DNA from: Veleropilina oligotropha
Taxonomy: Eukaryota
Direction of reading: 5' to 3'
Assembly (NCBI GenBank): GCA_048128005.1
Contig: JBEUKZ010000126.1
Location: forward strand, 1-64,000
DNA length: 64,000 bases
Shown: positions 1-8,760 of the stretch, piece by piece
Layout: each line of letters begins with the position of its first letter
Position numbering within the stretch: position 1 is the stretch's first letter
Program-made: the position numbers and the translations under genes
The notes under the pieces: model-generated
What the model saw: only the letters and a program-made list of their open reading frames with translations
What the model was told of the DNA's origin: nothing
Databases searched by the model: none

Positions 1-239
1 CGGAATGTGCCAACGGCATGACCCTGGCGGCGAAGTTCAACGTTCAGCCAGTCGAGACGCTCTGCCCTCTGTTGTGACCATTTAGTCTGAGCAGCGTTGA
101 GCTGTTCTACAGCAATGTCGTGGCGTTTACGCTCCGCATTGACACCGGAGCTGCGTAGCTTCGAGAAGAGGAAGTTGGAGCCGCTGAAGGCGAGGGCGTT
201 GACGAGAGCGCCCCCAACCAGCATCGCAATGGAAGCCAT
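1..239 (-). CDS. Viral small protein with N-terminal hydrophobic segment and coiled coil (runs off window edge)
   Basis: Manual translation from ATG at 239: MASIAMLVGGALVNALAFSGSNFLFSKLRSSGVNAERKRHDIAVEQLNAAQTKWSQQRAERLDWLNVELRRQGHAVGTF..., open to base 1. Absent from the ORF track because the stop is outside the window. Confidence 0.75.
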   Translation of the reverse strand, partial: MASIAMLVGGALVNALAFSGSNFLFSKLRSSGVNAERKRHDIAVEQLNAAQTKWSQQRAERLDWLNVELRRQGHAVGTF

Positions 240-270
240 TGAAATGCTGCGATTATCTAGCAAGGTCACA

Positions 271-510
271 CTACTTCAATATATCGGCCGGAATGATGCC
301 TTGCTTGATCAGCATGTCTTTCGTCGCCATGGCGAGCGCTACGTCGAGGACGACCATCCCGACATCGTAGCCCGTGAAGTCCAGTTTGGGGCTCGCTCCC
401 TTGAATACCATCTTTGTCAGGCGTGCGTAGCCAATGGCGAGGCCTGACACTATAGCGGCGTGGTATACAGCGTTGCCGAGCATCTTTCCATCAGTGATTG
501 GGGTAGTCAT
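271..510 (-). CDS. Viral small hydrophobic protein (79 aa)
   Basis: Intact ORF co-oriented with neighbours; two hydrophobic stretches (AVYHAAIVSGLAIGYA, VGMVVLDVALAMA). Confidence 0.7.
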   Translation of the reverse strand: MTTPITDGKMLGNAVYHAAIVSGLAIGYARLTKMVFKGASPKLDFTGYDVGMVVLDVALAMATKDMLIKQGIIPADILK

Positions 511-535
511 AACTGTTGATTAGTACCGTTTGCGA

Positions 536-1063
536 CTATTGCATATGAAAAGGGTTCTGCTTCTTCAATTCGATAGTGGGGGCGGCCCGAGAGCACCGAG
601 CGTCCGCGTCTGGTGGCTGTTGATGTGGTGTGGATGGACCAGGGTTGCTGCGTTCTGAGGACGTCTTCCAGACAACAAATACCAACGCAACCGTACCGGC
701 AGCGACGGCTACCTGGGTCCAATTAAATTGGTCCGATTTCTGTGTATCTGGCGCACGCGGTCTTTCTGCGGCTGGAACCGCCTCCCCGGGCTGTTCTGAT
801 GGAACGACAACACTTGTTGGGGCACTCAGGTCTTCTTTCATTTTTCGAACCGCGGCCAGTAGCTTCTCCTGCTTGGCTTTTCGAGCAGCAGCGCCGGCCC
901 TCCCTGCAGCCACTTTTTTCGGGTCCTTTTTACTCACTGATGAGTCCGTCGAAGAAGTCACCCTCTCTATCGGCTGGCTCTCGATCGGCTGTCTCTCGAT
1001 CACTTGGTCCACTTCCGGCGTTGTCATCTTGATCTGGTATCTTAGGCGGGCAAACATGTCCAA
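536..1063 (-). CDS. Viral protein with basic Lys/Arg/Ala segment and C-terminal membrane anchor (start may be ATG 1027)
   Basis: KKDPKKVAAGRAGAAARKAK basic motif and WTQVAVAAGTVALVFVVW hydrophobic segment. Confidence 0.65.
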   Translation of the reverse strand: MDMFARLRYQIKMTTPEVDQVIERQPIESQPIERVTSSTDSSVSKKDPKKVAAGRAGAAARKAKQEKLLAAVRKMKEDLSAPTSVVVPSEQPGEAVPAAERPRAPDTQKSDQFNWTQVAVAAGTVALVFVVWKTSSERSNPGPSTPHQQPPDADARCSRAAPTIELKKQNPFHMQ

Positions 1064-1691
1064 ATTGGCAGTGCTTAGCCGTGGTCAACGCTGCGGTCAG
1101 CGGTGCGAGGTACATGCCATATTTATAATACAGCTCACAGCTTGCAGTGGTCAGGGCATGTGAGATGAACGGGTCGGCCTCCAGGTCGGCGATCAGTCGT
1201 AGCTGGTTTGCTGGTGGAATGGGCAGGAACATCCCAGCTGCACCCGCATACAGCTGTATAGCAGCGGCCCCGAGGGTCTTCGTCATGTCAGCACCTAGCT
1301 TCGCTTCATACCGTGCGTGGTGTTTCTCAACCTCGTCGTCAGTCATGTCGTCTATCCGGTCCACTGTGAGGTTACGCCCCATGTATCGGTGGGCCTGTCC
1401 TCCAACGGCTAATGCTGCAAGCCTCTCCCGTTTCTTTGCCATCCCTATGGAGCCAGTTTCAGGTTCCTCGTGCTGCGAGCAGCGTTTGGTCGTCGAGCGG
1501 GGTGAGCTGCTGCTCACGGTCGTTTCTTCCTCGTCATCCATGAGTTGATCGATGAGGCTGTCCATCCTTAAGCGTTTCCAACATCTCCTCGCCAGTCTAA
1601 TATAGCGATAATGCCAATACCACAACGTTACGAGTAGCAACAAGATCAGGCTCTGGCTGAAAGCAAAAGCTAGATATACAGCGTCCGACAT
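930..1691 (-). CDS. Viral hypothetical protein (start may be ATG 1565, MDSLIDQL...)
   Basis: 253-aa intact ORF directly downstream of the ATPase on the same strand. Confidence 0.65.
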   Translation of the reverse strand: MSDAVYLAFAFSQSLILLLLVTLWYWHYRYIRLARRCWKRLRMDSLIDQLMDDEEETTVSSSSPRSTTKRCSQHEEPETGSIGMAKKRERLAALAVGGQAHRYMGRNLTVDRIDDMTDDEVEKHHARYEAKLGADMTKTLGAAAIQLYAGAAGMFLPIPPANQLRLIADLEADPFISHALTTASCELYYKYGMYLAPLTAALTTAKHCQFGHVCPPKIPDQDDNAGSGPSDRETADREPADREGDFFDGLISE

Positions 1692-1731
1692 GCCTAGCTA
1701 GCTAAGTAGCTGCTCAGTAGACTACAGCTTG

Positions 1732-2364
1732 CTACAGCACACTATAAGCAACGGGCTGATCAGTTTTCAACAGAAGCTTAGCGTGTCGTGTCTCGGCCAA
1801 CAGCCGGCGAACCTCGGTCCGTTCATCCTGCGACGGGATTACATCGTTCTCGCGCAGACAGTCCTCGAAACTGTCGCGGTCCTTGCAATGGAACAGCGCG
1901 ACCCAGCGGGTCTGCTCTCTGAGCTCCTTCAAGACCGAGTTGTACTTTTGCGTCACTACCCATACGCTCTGGGAAGCATGCCTGCCGCTGAAGGCCAACA
2001 AAGTCAGCATGTCCCTCCTCTTTGCCATAGCTTTGCTGGCGGCGCAGTCGTCGATGATATATAAAGTTGATTCCCCCTGAAACAGTCGGTAGAACCCCCG
2101 CAGCCAGTCATGGAGTCGCTCACCCGGGGGGACTAAATACACCTCAGGGTCGGTCCAGATCCACGGACAAGACTGGTATGCTTTGTTGTACTTGATCGTG
2201 GGGCAGAGGACCACGATATGCCGGAAGACGCCTCGATACTCCCCTTCCAGCAGTTCAAGCATGAAAACCGTCTTCCCACAGCCCGTCTGGCCGCAGATGA
2301 TTGCGGAGTGGGGGTCCTTGGTGTGCGGAAATCGTTTAGTACAGTGCTTCGACGAATCGGCCAT
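1732..2364 (-). CDS. A32/FtsK-HerA-like viral genome packaging ATPase
   Basis: Walker A GQTGCGKT, Walker B LYIIDD, Arg-finger/sensor SGRHASQSVWVVTQ; 210 aa; adjacent to the capsid gene. Confidence 0.92.
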   Translation of the reverse strand: MADSSKHCTKRFPHTKDPHSAIICGQTGCGKTVFMLELLEGEYRGVFRHIVVLCPTIKYNKAYQSCPWIWTDPEVYLVPPGERLHDWLRGFYRLFQGESTLYIIDDCAASKAMAKRRDMLTLLAFSGRHASQSVWVVTQKYNSVLKELREQTRWVALFHCKDRDSFEDCLRENDVIPSQDERTEVRRLLAETRHAKLLLKTDQPVAYSVL

Positions 2365-3673
2365 TCTCGATATTCAGCTGTGCGTCCATGATCACGAACT
2401 CGTAGACGTTCAGTGGACCGGCCGCTTCGGCTGTTTTAGTGATCTGAATAGTAATGCCTTCGCTGGCGTTCTCGACCCTCCGGCCTGACCCGTGCAACTG
2501 ATCGTCGTCAGTTACCCGCATATCGATCCAGAGCGCAAATTTCTTAGTCAGAAATTCGCCCAGGGTGACGTCTGCCATCTCCAAGTCCTTTGCGACCATC
2601 GCGACCTCAGGATGCCGCTTGCTGCAGCCGGAGGCGAACATTTTCTTGGCTTCTTCCCAGATCTGGTATGTTCGCATGCCCTGGCTGTAGATTTGATTCG
2701 GGACACCCTCGATTGTGACCTCGACCTTTGTGATCTTCGGATTATAGAAGGCCTCAGTATCGCGAGAGAATGGCGCGGCGTCTCTCGCAGGGTCCTCGAA
2801 CAACAGTAGTATTCCTTTCATCGACCTCGCCGGTACGTTCACATTCATATTCCACAACGAGTCGCTCTTGTCTAGGGTGAGCTTCCGATGCCGGAGAACA
2901 CGGTCGTACAGGATTACGAGTTGACCCTGGTATTGATTTCGAATCCGTCTGGCAAGCTCGGATTGGGTTACCATGTCATATTCGAGGGATATATTGTCGA
3001 TGGAATAGCTGGAACCGGAGTCGTCCGTCTCCCGGATAGTCCGGGAGTAGTCGTTGAACGTTAGCTCATACTCGAGACGGTCTCCAAGGGCGCTTTGATA
3101 GAATGGCATGTGACTTTCCAACAGCTCGAAATCCAGCGGGATGCGGAATCGGTTACCGTACGCGGCCGCGACCGCGACATCCTCAGACAGTCTAAAGGCG
3201 TCTGCCGCACCAACACGATGCTTCGTAGTGTTGTGCCCATCGCTGGTATCAATCCCCTGGTACTGGGCGTTCTTGCGCTCCCCGGTGGTCTTCCAGAGAT
3301 CGCAGTAGCAGTGGTACACGTCGGAGTCGTCAATCGACATGATCTCGTTTCCACTTATCTTTATCGTGGTCTTTCTGATCACGGCACGGCCGATATTTTG
3401 CACTACAGTCCTATTCGCATTTACCGAGGTCAGAGAGATGGTAAATGCGAGGTGGGCAGTCCCTGGAACGATCACGTCATTCGCCCCGAGATTAGGGAAC
3501 CGAACCAGGAGCTGCTGGTTCGGGGCAATCGTTGATGGATTGTTTGTAATCGTGACCGACTGGCGGATGCCCTTGACCGCGAGGGGCTCACGCAGCCTGC
3601 GGTATGGATTAAGCTTGCGTCCGTATACGCTAGTCATGGCTGAATTAGATGCGTATCCCACTGATGTATTCAA
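2336..3673 (-). CDS. Putative double-jelly-roll major capsid protein (start may be ATG 3637)
   Basis: 445 aa with alternating hydrophobic beta-strand patterns (LAFTISL, IKISGNEI, FRIPLDF, LEYELTF, ISLEYDMV, KVEVTIEG, FALWIDMR, GITIQITK). Size and position next to an A32 ATPase are typical of Polinton-like capsids. Confidence 0.8.
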   Translation of the reverse strand: MNTSVGYASNSAMTSVYGRKLNPYRRLREPLAVKGIRQSVTITNNPSTIAPNQQLLVRFPNLGANDVIVPGTAHLAFTISLTSVNANRTVVQNIGRAVIRKTTIKISGNEIMSIDDSDVYHCYCDLWKTTGERKNAQYQGIDTSDGHNTTKHRVGAADAFRLSEDVAVAAAYGNRFRIPLDFELLESHMPFYQSALGDRLEYELTFNDYSRTIRETDDSGSSYSIDNISLEYDMVTQSELARRIRNQYQGQLVILYDRVLRHRKLTLDKSDSLWNMNVNVPARSMKGILLLFEDPARDAAPFSRDTEAFYNPKITKVEVTIEGVPNQIYSQGMRTYQIWEEAKKMFASGCSKRHPEVAMVAKDLEMADVTLGEFLTKKFALWIDMRVTDDDQLHGSGRRVENASEGITIQITKTAEAAGPLNVYEFVIMDAQLNIENGRFVEALY

Positions 3674-4987
3674 ATGGCGGAATTCGAGAACCCCGCATTC
3701 GAGCCGGACGATCTCATCGACAACGATGATACCATCATCGACGATACTGATGTGGATCTATCCACCGACCGGTTTATGCCTGTTCTTTCGGAACGGCCAC
3801 AGGAAGGAACCAGCAGTCTTCAGCAAGAGCTCGTTCAGGGCGTGGTTGACGACTACTACAAAGCCCTGGCACAGGAGGGGCAGACCCCAGCCACGGGGCG
3901 AGATTATTCAAAATTCAAGTATGTGAGGGGAAAATTAGGGAGGGGGGGGAAATTGGTGATGACGGACTACCCCGACATCAATCTCATAAATTCTCGCACC
4001 GGCAACCCCTTGGCGTTGTCAACAATAGCTGGCCGGCCTGGTGGGGGTGATGCAATCCGTGAAGGGTTGGGTTTTGTACACTGGACGCGGGGGGAAAAAA
4101 AGCTGGCCTCAAAAGCGGTTGCAGTTCTTCAGGCAGCCGACACTGAGTTGAGCGGTGCGGCCGCTAATGTCGAAAACATAGAACTGCGGGACTTGGGGCA
4201 GACTGCTACTGATGCCTCGGTAGCAATCCACACGATGGAGACGAAATTCACTGATACCGAGGTTGAAGAGATCTTAGGCACAATGGGGGACCCTCCATTA
4301 AATCTTCGCGAGCTTCGCGGACTTGACAAGGCGATGCAGACCATCCGAGGCGAACTAACCAACAATCTAGCCAAACTAACGGCGCTGGACGAACACATAG
4401 AGCTGGAGAAGATGAAGCTCGATCAGGCAGATGAAGAGGGCGGTGTGGATGAGTTCATCCGTCGACGGATCGCGGAACGTCTGCGCGACCTGAATGATGA
4501 AAGAGCAGCTCGCCTAGAGGCAGCATCATCAAGCCGGGAGGCCCTTCGCTCTCAAATCAGCCGGATCCGAGAGATGATAAGTCGGATCCTGAACACCGAC
4601 ACAACGCTGGCCGAGCGTATCCGGACCCTGTTCCGCGAGCAAGGGGTTACGATCGCAACAATACTGACCGCTATCGGGCTCGCCATCTCGACTTTGGTAC
4701 TAGCCCTGACAGGTGGAGCGCCGAGCCCGCCAACGCCACCACCACCTCCCAGTGGTCAGGGCGGGGTCAAGGAGTGGGTCAAAAAGCAGCTGCAGAACCT
4801 GGGAAGGATTCTAGGCAAACTAGCAGGGAAGGCCGCAGCCGCGCTCCCAGGAATACTTGGAAGCCTGGTCTCCTGGCTAATCAACCTGATTGGCAAGACA
4901 GCATCGTGGCTCGCTGAAAACCTATGGGCACTGGTCATATCAGTTGGGGGCTTGCTTCTTATTGCCGCTAGACAGTGGGTCACGTAA
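3674..4987 (+). CDS. Viral coiled-coil protein with C-terminal hydrophobic/amphipathic helices (437 aa)
   Basis: Acidic N-terminus, long heptad-like region (LRELRGLDKAMQ...LRSQISRIRE), hydrophobic VTIATILTAIGLAISTLVLALTGG, Pro-rich linker, and LWALVISVGGLLLIAA at the C-terminus. Confidence 0.8.
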   Translation: MAEFENPAFEPDDLIDNDDTIIDDTDVDLSTDRFMPVLSERPQEGTSSLQQELVQGVVDDYYKALAQEGQTPATGRDYSKFKYVRGKLGRGGKLVMTDYPDINLINSRTGNPLALSTIAGRPGGGDAIREGLGFVHWTRGEKKLASKAVAVLQAADTELSGAAANVENIELRDLGQTATDASVAIHTMETKFTDTEVEEILGTMGDPPLNLRELRGLDKAMQTIRGELTNNLAKLTALDEHIELEKMKLDQADEEGGVDEFIRRRIAERLRDLNDERAARLEAASSSREALRSQISRIREMISRILNTDTTLAERIRTLFREQGVTIATILTAIGLAISTLVLALTGGAPSPPTPPPPPSGQGGVKEWVKKQLQNLGRILGKLAGKAAAALPGILGSLVSWLINLIGKTASWLAENLWALVISVGGLLLIAARQWVT

Positions 4988-6260
4988 GCCAAATAAACGC
5001 TAGACCAACGACAATGCCGCCCACGATAAGTGCGGTTTTCTCCTCGTCATGTGCCGCTGGAACAGCCGCCACTGAGGCCACAGCTGGCAGAGAGCTTGGA
5101 TGCTTCGGAGTAACTACCGGTATGCTTGCATCTGCGTCTTGTGGAATAACCAGTCCTGTTTCTCCAGTATCCCCAGTGGCGTTGGGCGGCACACTGGCCG
5201 CGTTCACCGTAGTATTAAGACCGAGTGTCTGGTCTTCCGTGGCGACGACGATCTCATTGTTATAACCAGCCACCTGCCCGATCCGTAGAAGCATGTTACT
5301 TGGCGCCATGTACAGGCCAACGCCGAATACGAAGTCCACTTTGGACCTCGCATACTGGAGCACCTCTTGGTACCGTTTGATGGCTGCTGGGAGGTCAACG
5401 GGGGATGCGATGGCGTCTTCCACGTTCGCCAGGAACTGTTTCTGTGCGTCAAACGCCGTCCCACTACCCAGAATACTTGCACGCGTTTGAGCCTGCGCTC
5501 CAAGAATAGCCCAGACGTAGGTCCTGATGGAATCATTGAGCCTTTCCACGCCGGCCCTCGTGAATCCCACCGACCTGTCCAGAATAAAAGTAGCCCAACC
5601 GTTTTTAAGTGCAGGCGCTTGCGCGATGTAGTCCACGTGCAGATTCGTGTTGGTCGTACCTTTGGTGAAGGACATTCGGCTTGGATCATAGTCACGTCCG
5701 ATGGGGTGGTAGCCGTTGTTCGTCCAGTAGCTGTAAGCGGTGCCTAGTCCGCCGTTGGGACCCTTGACACGCCAGTCGGTATGGGGAGACACCCCAAATT
5801 CGCTGCAGATCTTCTCATATGCCCTGCGGTCATACGGGTTGTCGAATGCATCCCACGTCCGGTCCTGTGGCAGCGGCGCCTGAATTTCGGATAAGATTCG
5901 TCTGACCTGATAGTAGACGTGGAAGGTGAATACAGCAGTGGAGAGGGGGTCGGTCGCATTTAAGTGGTCTTCTGAGGAGATTCCGGAACCTGTTGTGGCA
6001 CACCAAACTGCGAAATTGACCTTGTTCTGCCAGAACCTCATCGGCGTGCTGTTCCAATCCCTTATCAGCCCGTCACTAGCGACATGAGGGAGGCGGTATT
6101 TCTGAAAGACGTCAGGGTATGTTGCCCCGAATGTAGTGGTTGAGCTATTACCCACATTGATGCTTGGTCTCGTAAGCTGCTCATCTTTGATCTTTGCTGG
6201 GTACACCACACCGGTCGGATAGGCCGCACTCCTATTAAACGCAAAGGCGCTCTTAGCCAT
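4980..6260 (-). CDS. Viral hypothetical protein with C-terminal membrane anchor (426 aa)
   Basis: Long intact ORF ending in ALIVGGIVVGLAFIWLT; overlaps the convergent ORF by 8 nt. Confidence 0.8.
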   Translation of the reverse strand: MAKSAFAFNRSAAYPTGVVYPAKIKDEQLTRPSINVGNSSTTTFGATYPDVFQKYRLPHVASDGLIRDWNSTPMRFWQNKVNFAVWCATTGSGISSEDHLNATDPLSTAVFTFHVYYQVRRILSEIQAPLPQDRTWDAFDNPYDRRAYEKICSEFGVSPHTDWRVKGPNGGLGTAYSYWTNNGYHPIGRDYDPSRMSFTKGTTNTNLHVDYIAQAPALKNGWATFILDRSVGFTRAGVERLNDSIRTYVWAILGAQAQTRASILGSGTAFDAQKQFLANVEDAIASPVDLPAAIKRYQEVLQYARSKVDFVFGVGLYMAPSNMLLRIGQVAGYNNEIVVATEDQTLGLNTTVNAASVPPNATGDTGETGLVIPQDADASIPVVTPKHPSSLPAVASVAAVPAAHDEEKTALIVGGIVVGLAFIWLT

Positions 6261-6267
6261 AGCTACT

Positions 6268-7008
6268 ATGTTTCACACATTAACAAACGTTCAAGAGGGG
6301 ACCGCGGTTGCCCTCCTGGAGCCGATTGATAACCGGGACGGCAAGCTATGTGTCAGCTTGCAGTCGCTCGACTATTGGGTAGGCTGGCACAACGTGCATG
6401 CCGGAGCCTTCTTTAAGACACCGGATACCACGGTCGACGTGGCACCAGGTTTCTACAGCTTCGATGACCTCGCCAAGACGATGAAGAGGTCGCTAGTTAA
6501 CCTACAACTAGATGTAAGCCATGCTACAGGGCTCGCCCGAATCGTGGTCCCAGAGGGGACTCGACTCGCGATAAGCGACGATATACGAAAACTCCTCGGC
6601 TTAGACCTCTCTTCGTTTATTCTCGATAAAGCAGGGAATCTGAACCAACCGGTTCGGGGAGTACAGGGCCAACCACCTCCCCCTCCGGAGAGATCCGAGT
6701 GGCTACGCCCTGGGACTTATGACGGGAATAAGCCTGTCGGGTTTGCCATAGCGCCAACCCTACACGTTCACCTGGAGCAGCTTAGTACAACGCACAATGT
6801 GCAGGACGGCGCCCCGAGCACTATTCTCGCGGTGGTCCCTATCACGTCGCAGATGTTCGGTGAAGCTGGCCACTATCATAGCTATCCCGCCGGCCGGCGA
6901 CTACAGGCCGGGCTAATCACAGAGTTGAAGGTGTACGTCACAGACGCAGACAGTAACCTGCTAGACAATCACGGCATGCCTATTTCCGCAGTCCTTGCGA
7001 TACAATGA
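6268..7008 (+). CDS. Putative minor capsid protein (penton, single jelly roll)
   Basis: 246 aa. The C-terminal pattern LHVHLEQL...DGAPSTILAVVP...ITELKVYVTD...LLDNHGMPISAVLAI resembles Polinton/virophage penton C-termini. Confidence 0.7.
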   Translation: MFHTLTNVQEGTAVALLEPIDNRDGKLCVSLQSLDYWVGWHNVHAGAFFKTPDTTVDVAPGFYSFDDLAKTMKRSLVNLQLDVSHATGLARIVVPEGTRLAISDDIRKLLGLDLSSFILDKAGNLNQPVRGVQGQPPPPPERSEWLRPGTYDGNKPVGFAIAPTLHVHLEQLSTTHNVQDGAPSTILAVVPITSQMFGEAGHYHSYPAGRRLQAGLITELKVYVTDADSNLLDNHGMPISAVLAIQ

Positions 7009-7355
7009 GCAGCATCTACGGGACCCTGCTTGCAGACGAGCCCTCTTCCCCCCCGACCCGGTGGCACTTTGTCCTTAATTGTGGGGTAGCGCCCAATAAG
7101 GGGCTGGCGAGGAGGGAGTTCATGTTTCCAAACACTAGAGGTCGGTTCGGGTTGAACCCAGCCCTTCTAATGATCCACCTGACGCCGGTCCAGCCGGCCG
7201 GGGGCCCCAAGGCATGTTCCATAAGTAAACTCAGCCTGGATTCGGATAAGTTAACCCTCGCCTTTGTCGTCAAGGCCCCGTGGGTCGGCACTCTGTATTT
7301 GAACGTTACAGTAGACATTTTAAACAAACAGGCGGAACAATACAGCCACGTATGA
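7005..7355 (+). CDS. Viral hypothetical protein (116 aa, beta-rich)
   Basis: Fills the gap between penton and next ORF, with ATGA start/stop overlaps at both ends. Confidence 0.55.
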   Translation: MSSIYGTLLADEPSSPPTRWHFVLNCGVAPNKGLARREFMFPNTRGRFGLNPALLMIHLTPVQPAGGPKACSISKLSLDSDKLTLAFVVKAPWVGTLYLNVTVDILNKQAEQYSHV

Positions 7356-7987
7356 TGGACAACAAACCCTCAGCGCCAACGCTGTACCCACAGCTTGGTG
7401 GCGATGTGCCTTCGGAACTGCATGAGGCACAGTCTTTCCGACTACAGAAAGTGAATGAGCTTCAGGGACAGCTAGAGCGAGAACGGGACACACGGGCTGC
7501 ATTATATAAAAAGTACCGACGAGGTGTTAACGTCGTTGACGGGATAGATAACGGGCTAGTCGTCGCCACACTTGGTATGGGTAGCGCTGGAATTGGTCTA
7601 CTGTCCACAATTGTAGCCGCCCCGGTCGTCCTAGTGCTGGAACTAGCGGCATTAGGGTGTGGGCTCGCTAGTATGGGTGGAAAGTATATCAGCCGGCGCC
7701 TCGGGGTGAAGGCTAAGAAACACGACGAGATTCGAGTCCTGGCCGACAGCAAGCTGAATACCATAACCGACCACGTCTCAAAGGCATTATCGGACGGGGT
7801 GATGTCTGATGATGAATTCCAACTGGTCACAGGGGAGATGGAGAAATACCAAGCCATGAAGGCATCAATCCGGGATAAGAGTAGGAAGGCGCACACCGCG
7901 ATTTCACAGACCCAAAGCGAGCTTATTGAGCGAGGTCGTTTAGAGGGTCGCGCAGAGCTGCTGAAAAAAATCGGAGCTGGCGACTAA
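7352..7987 (+). CDS. Viral membrane protein with N-terminal PSAP/LYPxL motifs and coiled coils (211 aa from ATG 7352)
   Basis: MMDNKPSAPTLYPQL..., coiled coil FRLQKVNELQGQLERE, long Gly/Ala-rich hydrophobic hairpin GLVVATLGMGSAGIGLLSTIVAAPVVLVLELAALGCGLASMGG. Confidence 0.75.
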   Translation: MMDNKPSAPTLYPQLGGDVPSELHEAQSFRLQKVNELQGQLERERDTRAALYKKYRRGVNVVDGIDNGLVVATLGMGSAGIGLLSTIVAAPVVLVLELAALGCGLASMGGKYISRRLGVKAKKHDEIRVLADSKLNTITDHVSKALSDGVMSDDEFQLVTGEMEKYQAMKASIRDKSRKAHTAISQTQSELIERGRLEGRAELLKKIGAGD

Positions 7988-8069
7988 CTATCCAGGTTGA
8001 GCGTAGCCACGACTACCCCGCTCCTCCCCCGTATTAAAGCTAGAAATCGACAGTGATATCTGGACAGCC

Positions 8070-8501
8070 ATGAAATCCATGAAATCTATGCTACTGTGCA
8101 TTGCCGCGGTGTGCTGGCTAGGGGGTGTCTCACAGGCGTCGAGACACGACACTGCATTAATTCTCGAACATACGTGGGCCAGGTATCGGACTCACCCCCG
8201 GTACAATATACGGCACGACCCATTGCGTAGAAACTTGCTACTACGCCTGGGAGACCCCCCTGATGTCGCCCCACCCTCGTGCCACTACTTTATTATCGGA
8301 GAGAATGAGTGTGGGGTGGGGGCTCCCCCCGACCCAAATACTGTGGTCTGCATCGAGTGCGCTGAGCCGTCCTTATGCCGTGGTAAACGCGGGCATTACT
8401 TCTCCATGTTATCTACCGGCTGCGGGGGTTCGTGGAGTCAGATAGGACAGCATTCGCCATGCAACTGTACGCTCGCCAGCGGGAATTACATATTTATCTA
8501 A
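8070..8501 (+). CDS. Viral secreted cysteine-rich protein (143 aa)
   Basis: Signal-peptide-like N-terminus (MKSMLLCIAAVCWLGGVSQA), 8 Cys in the mature part, C-terminal CxC; TATTAAA at 8032-8038. Confidence 0.65.
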   Translation: MKSMKSMLLCIAAVCWLGGVSQASRHDTALILEHTWARYRTHPRYNIRHDPLRRNLLLRLGDPPDVAPPSCHYFIIGENECGVGAPPDPNTVVCIECAEPSLCRGKRGHYFSMLSTGCGGSWSQIGQHSPCNCTLASGNYIFI

Positions 8502-8545
8502 ACAGCCGGCATGTTAGACGTTGTGTAGTTATACTTGAAAGCAAC

Positions 8546-8734
8546 ATGCCGCAGGAAGACATTCCTACGCTGTACGGCGAACGGAGCTTCAGGCGCGTTA
8601 AAAACCTCTTAAACCGGGGCTATAACGTTTTGATCGTTGTACTCGACAATGGTGAACAAGCGATATATAAGAAGAAGACCAAAGACGGTAGAAAGGGAGT
8701 TGTACGAAATCAAACGCCGGCGGGCCCTCAGTGA
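8546..8734 (+). CDS. Viral small basic protein (62 aa)
   Basis: ATG in CAACATGC context, last ORF before the terminal non-coding region. Confidence 0.4.
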   Translation: MPQEDIPTLYGERSFRRVKNLLNRGYNVLIVVLDNGEQAIYKKKTKDGRKGVVRNQTPAGPQ

Positions 8735-8760
8735 TGTCCTGTAGCCTTCGCCGGGCTGCT

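Noticed and set aside
97..6057. Many antisense or alternative-frame ORFs overlapping the viral genes (e.g. 630-1163, 1147-1548, 3339-3926, 5204-5695)
   Set aside because: Shadow ORFs expected in GC-rich coding DNA; non-ATG starts or no recognisable motifs, and fully overlapped by better-supported ORFs.
7280..7351. Upstream extension of the 7280-7987 ORF
   Set aside because: Begins at GTG inside the previous ORF; ATG 7352 with an ATGA overlap and upstream TATA-like motif is the more plausible start.
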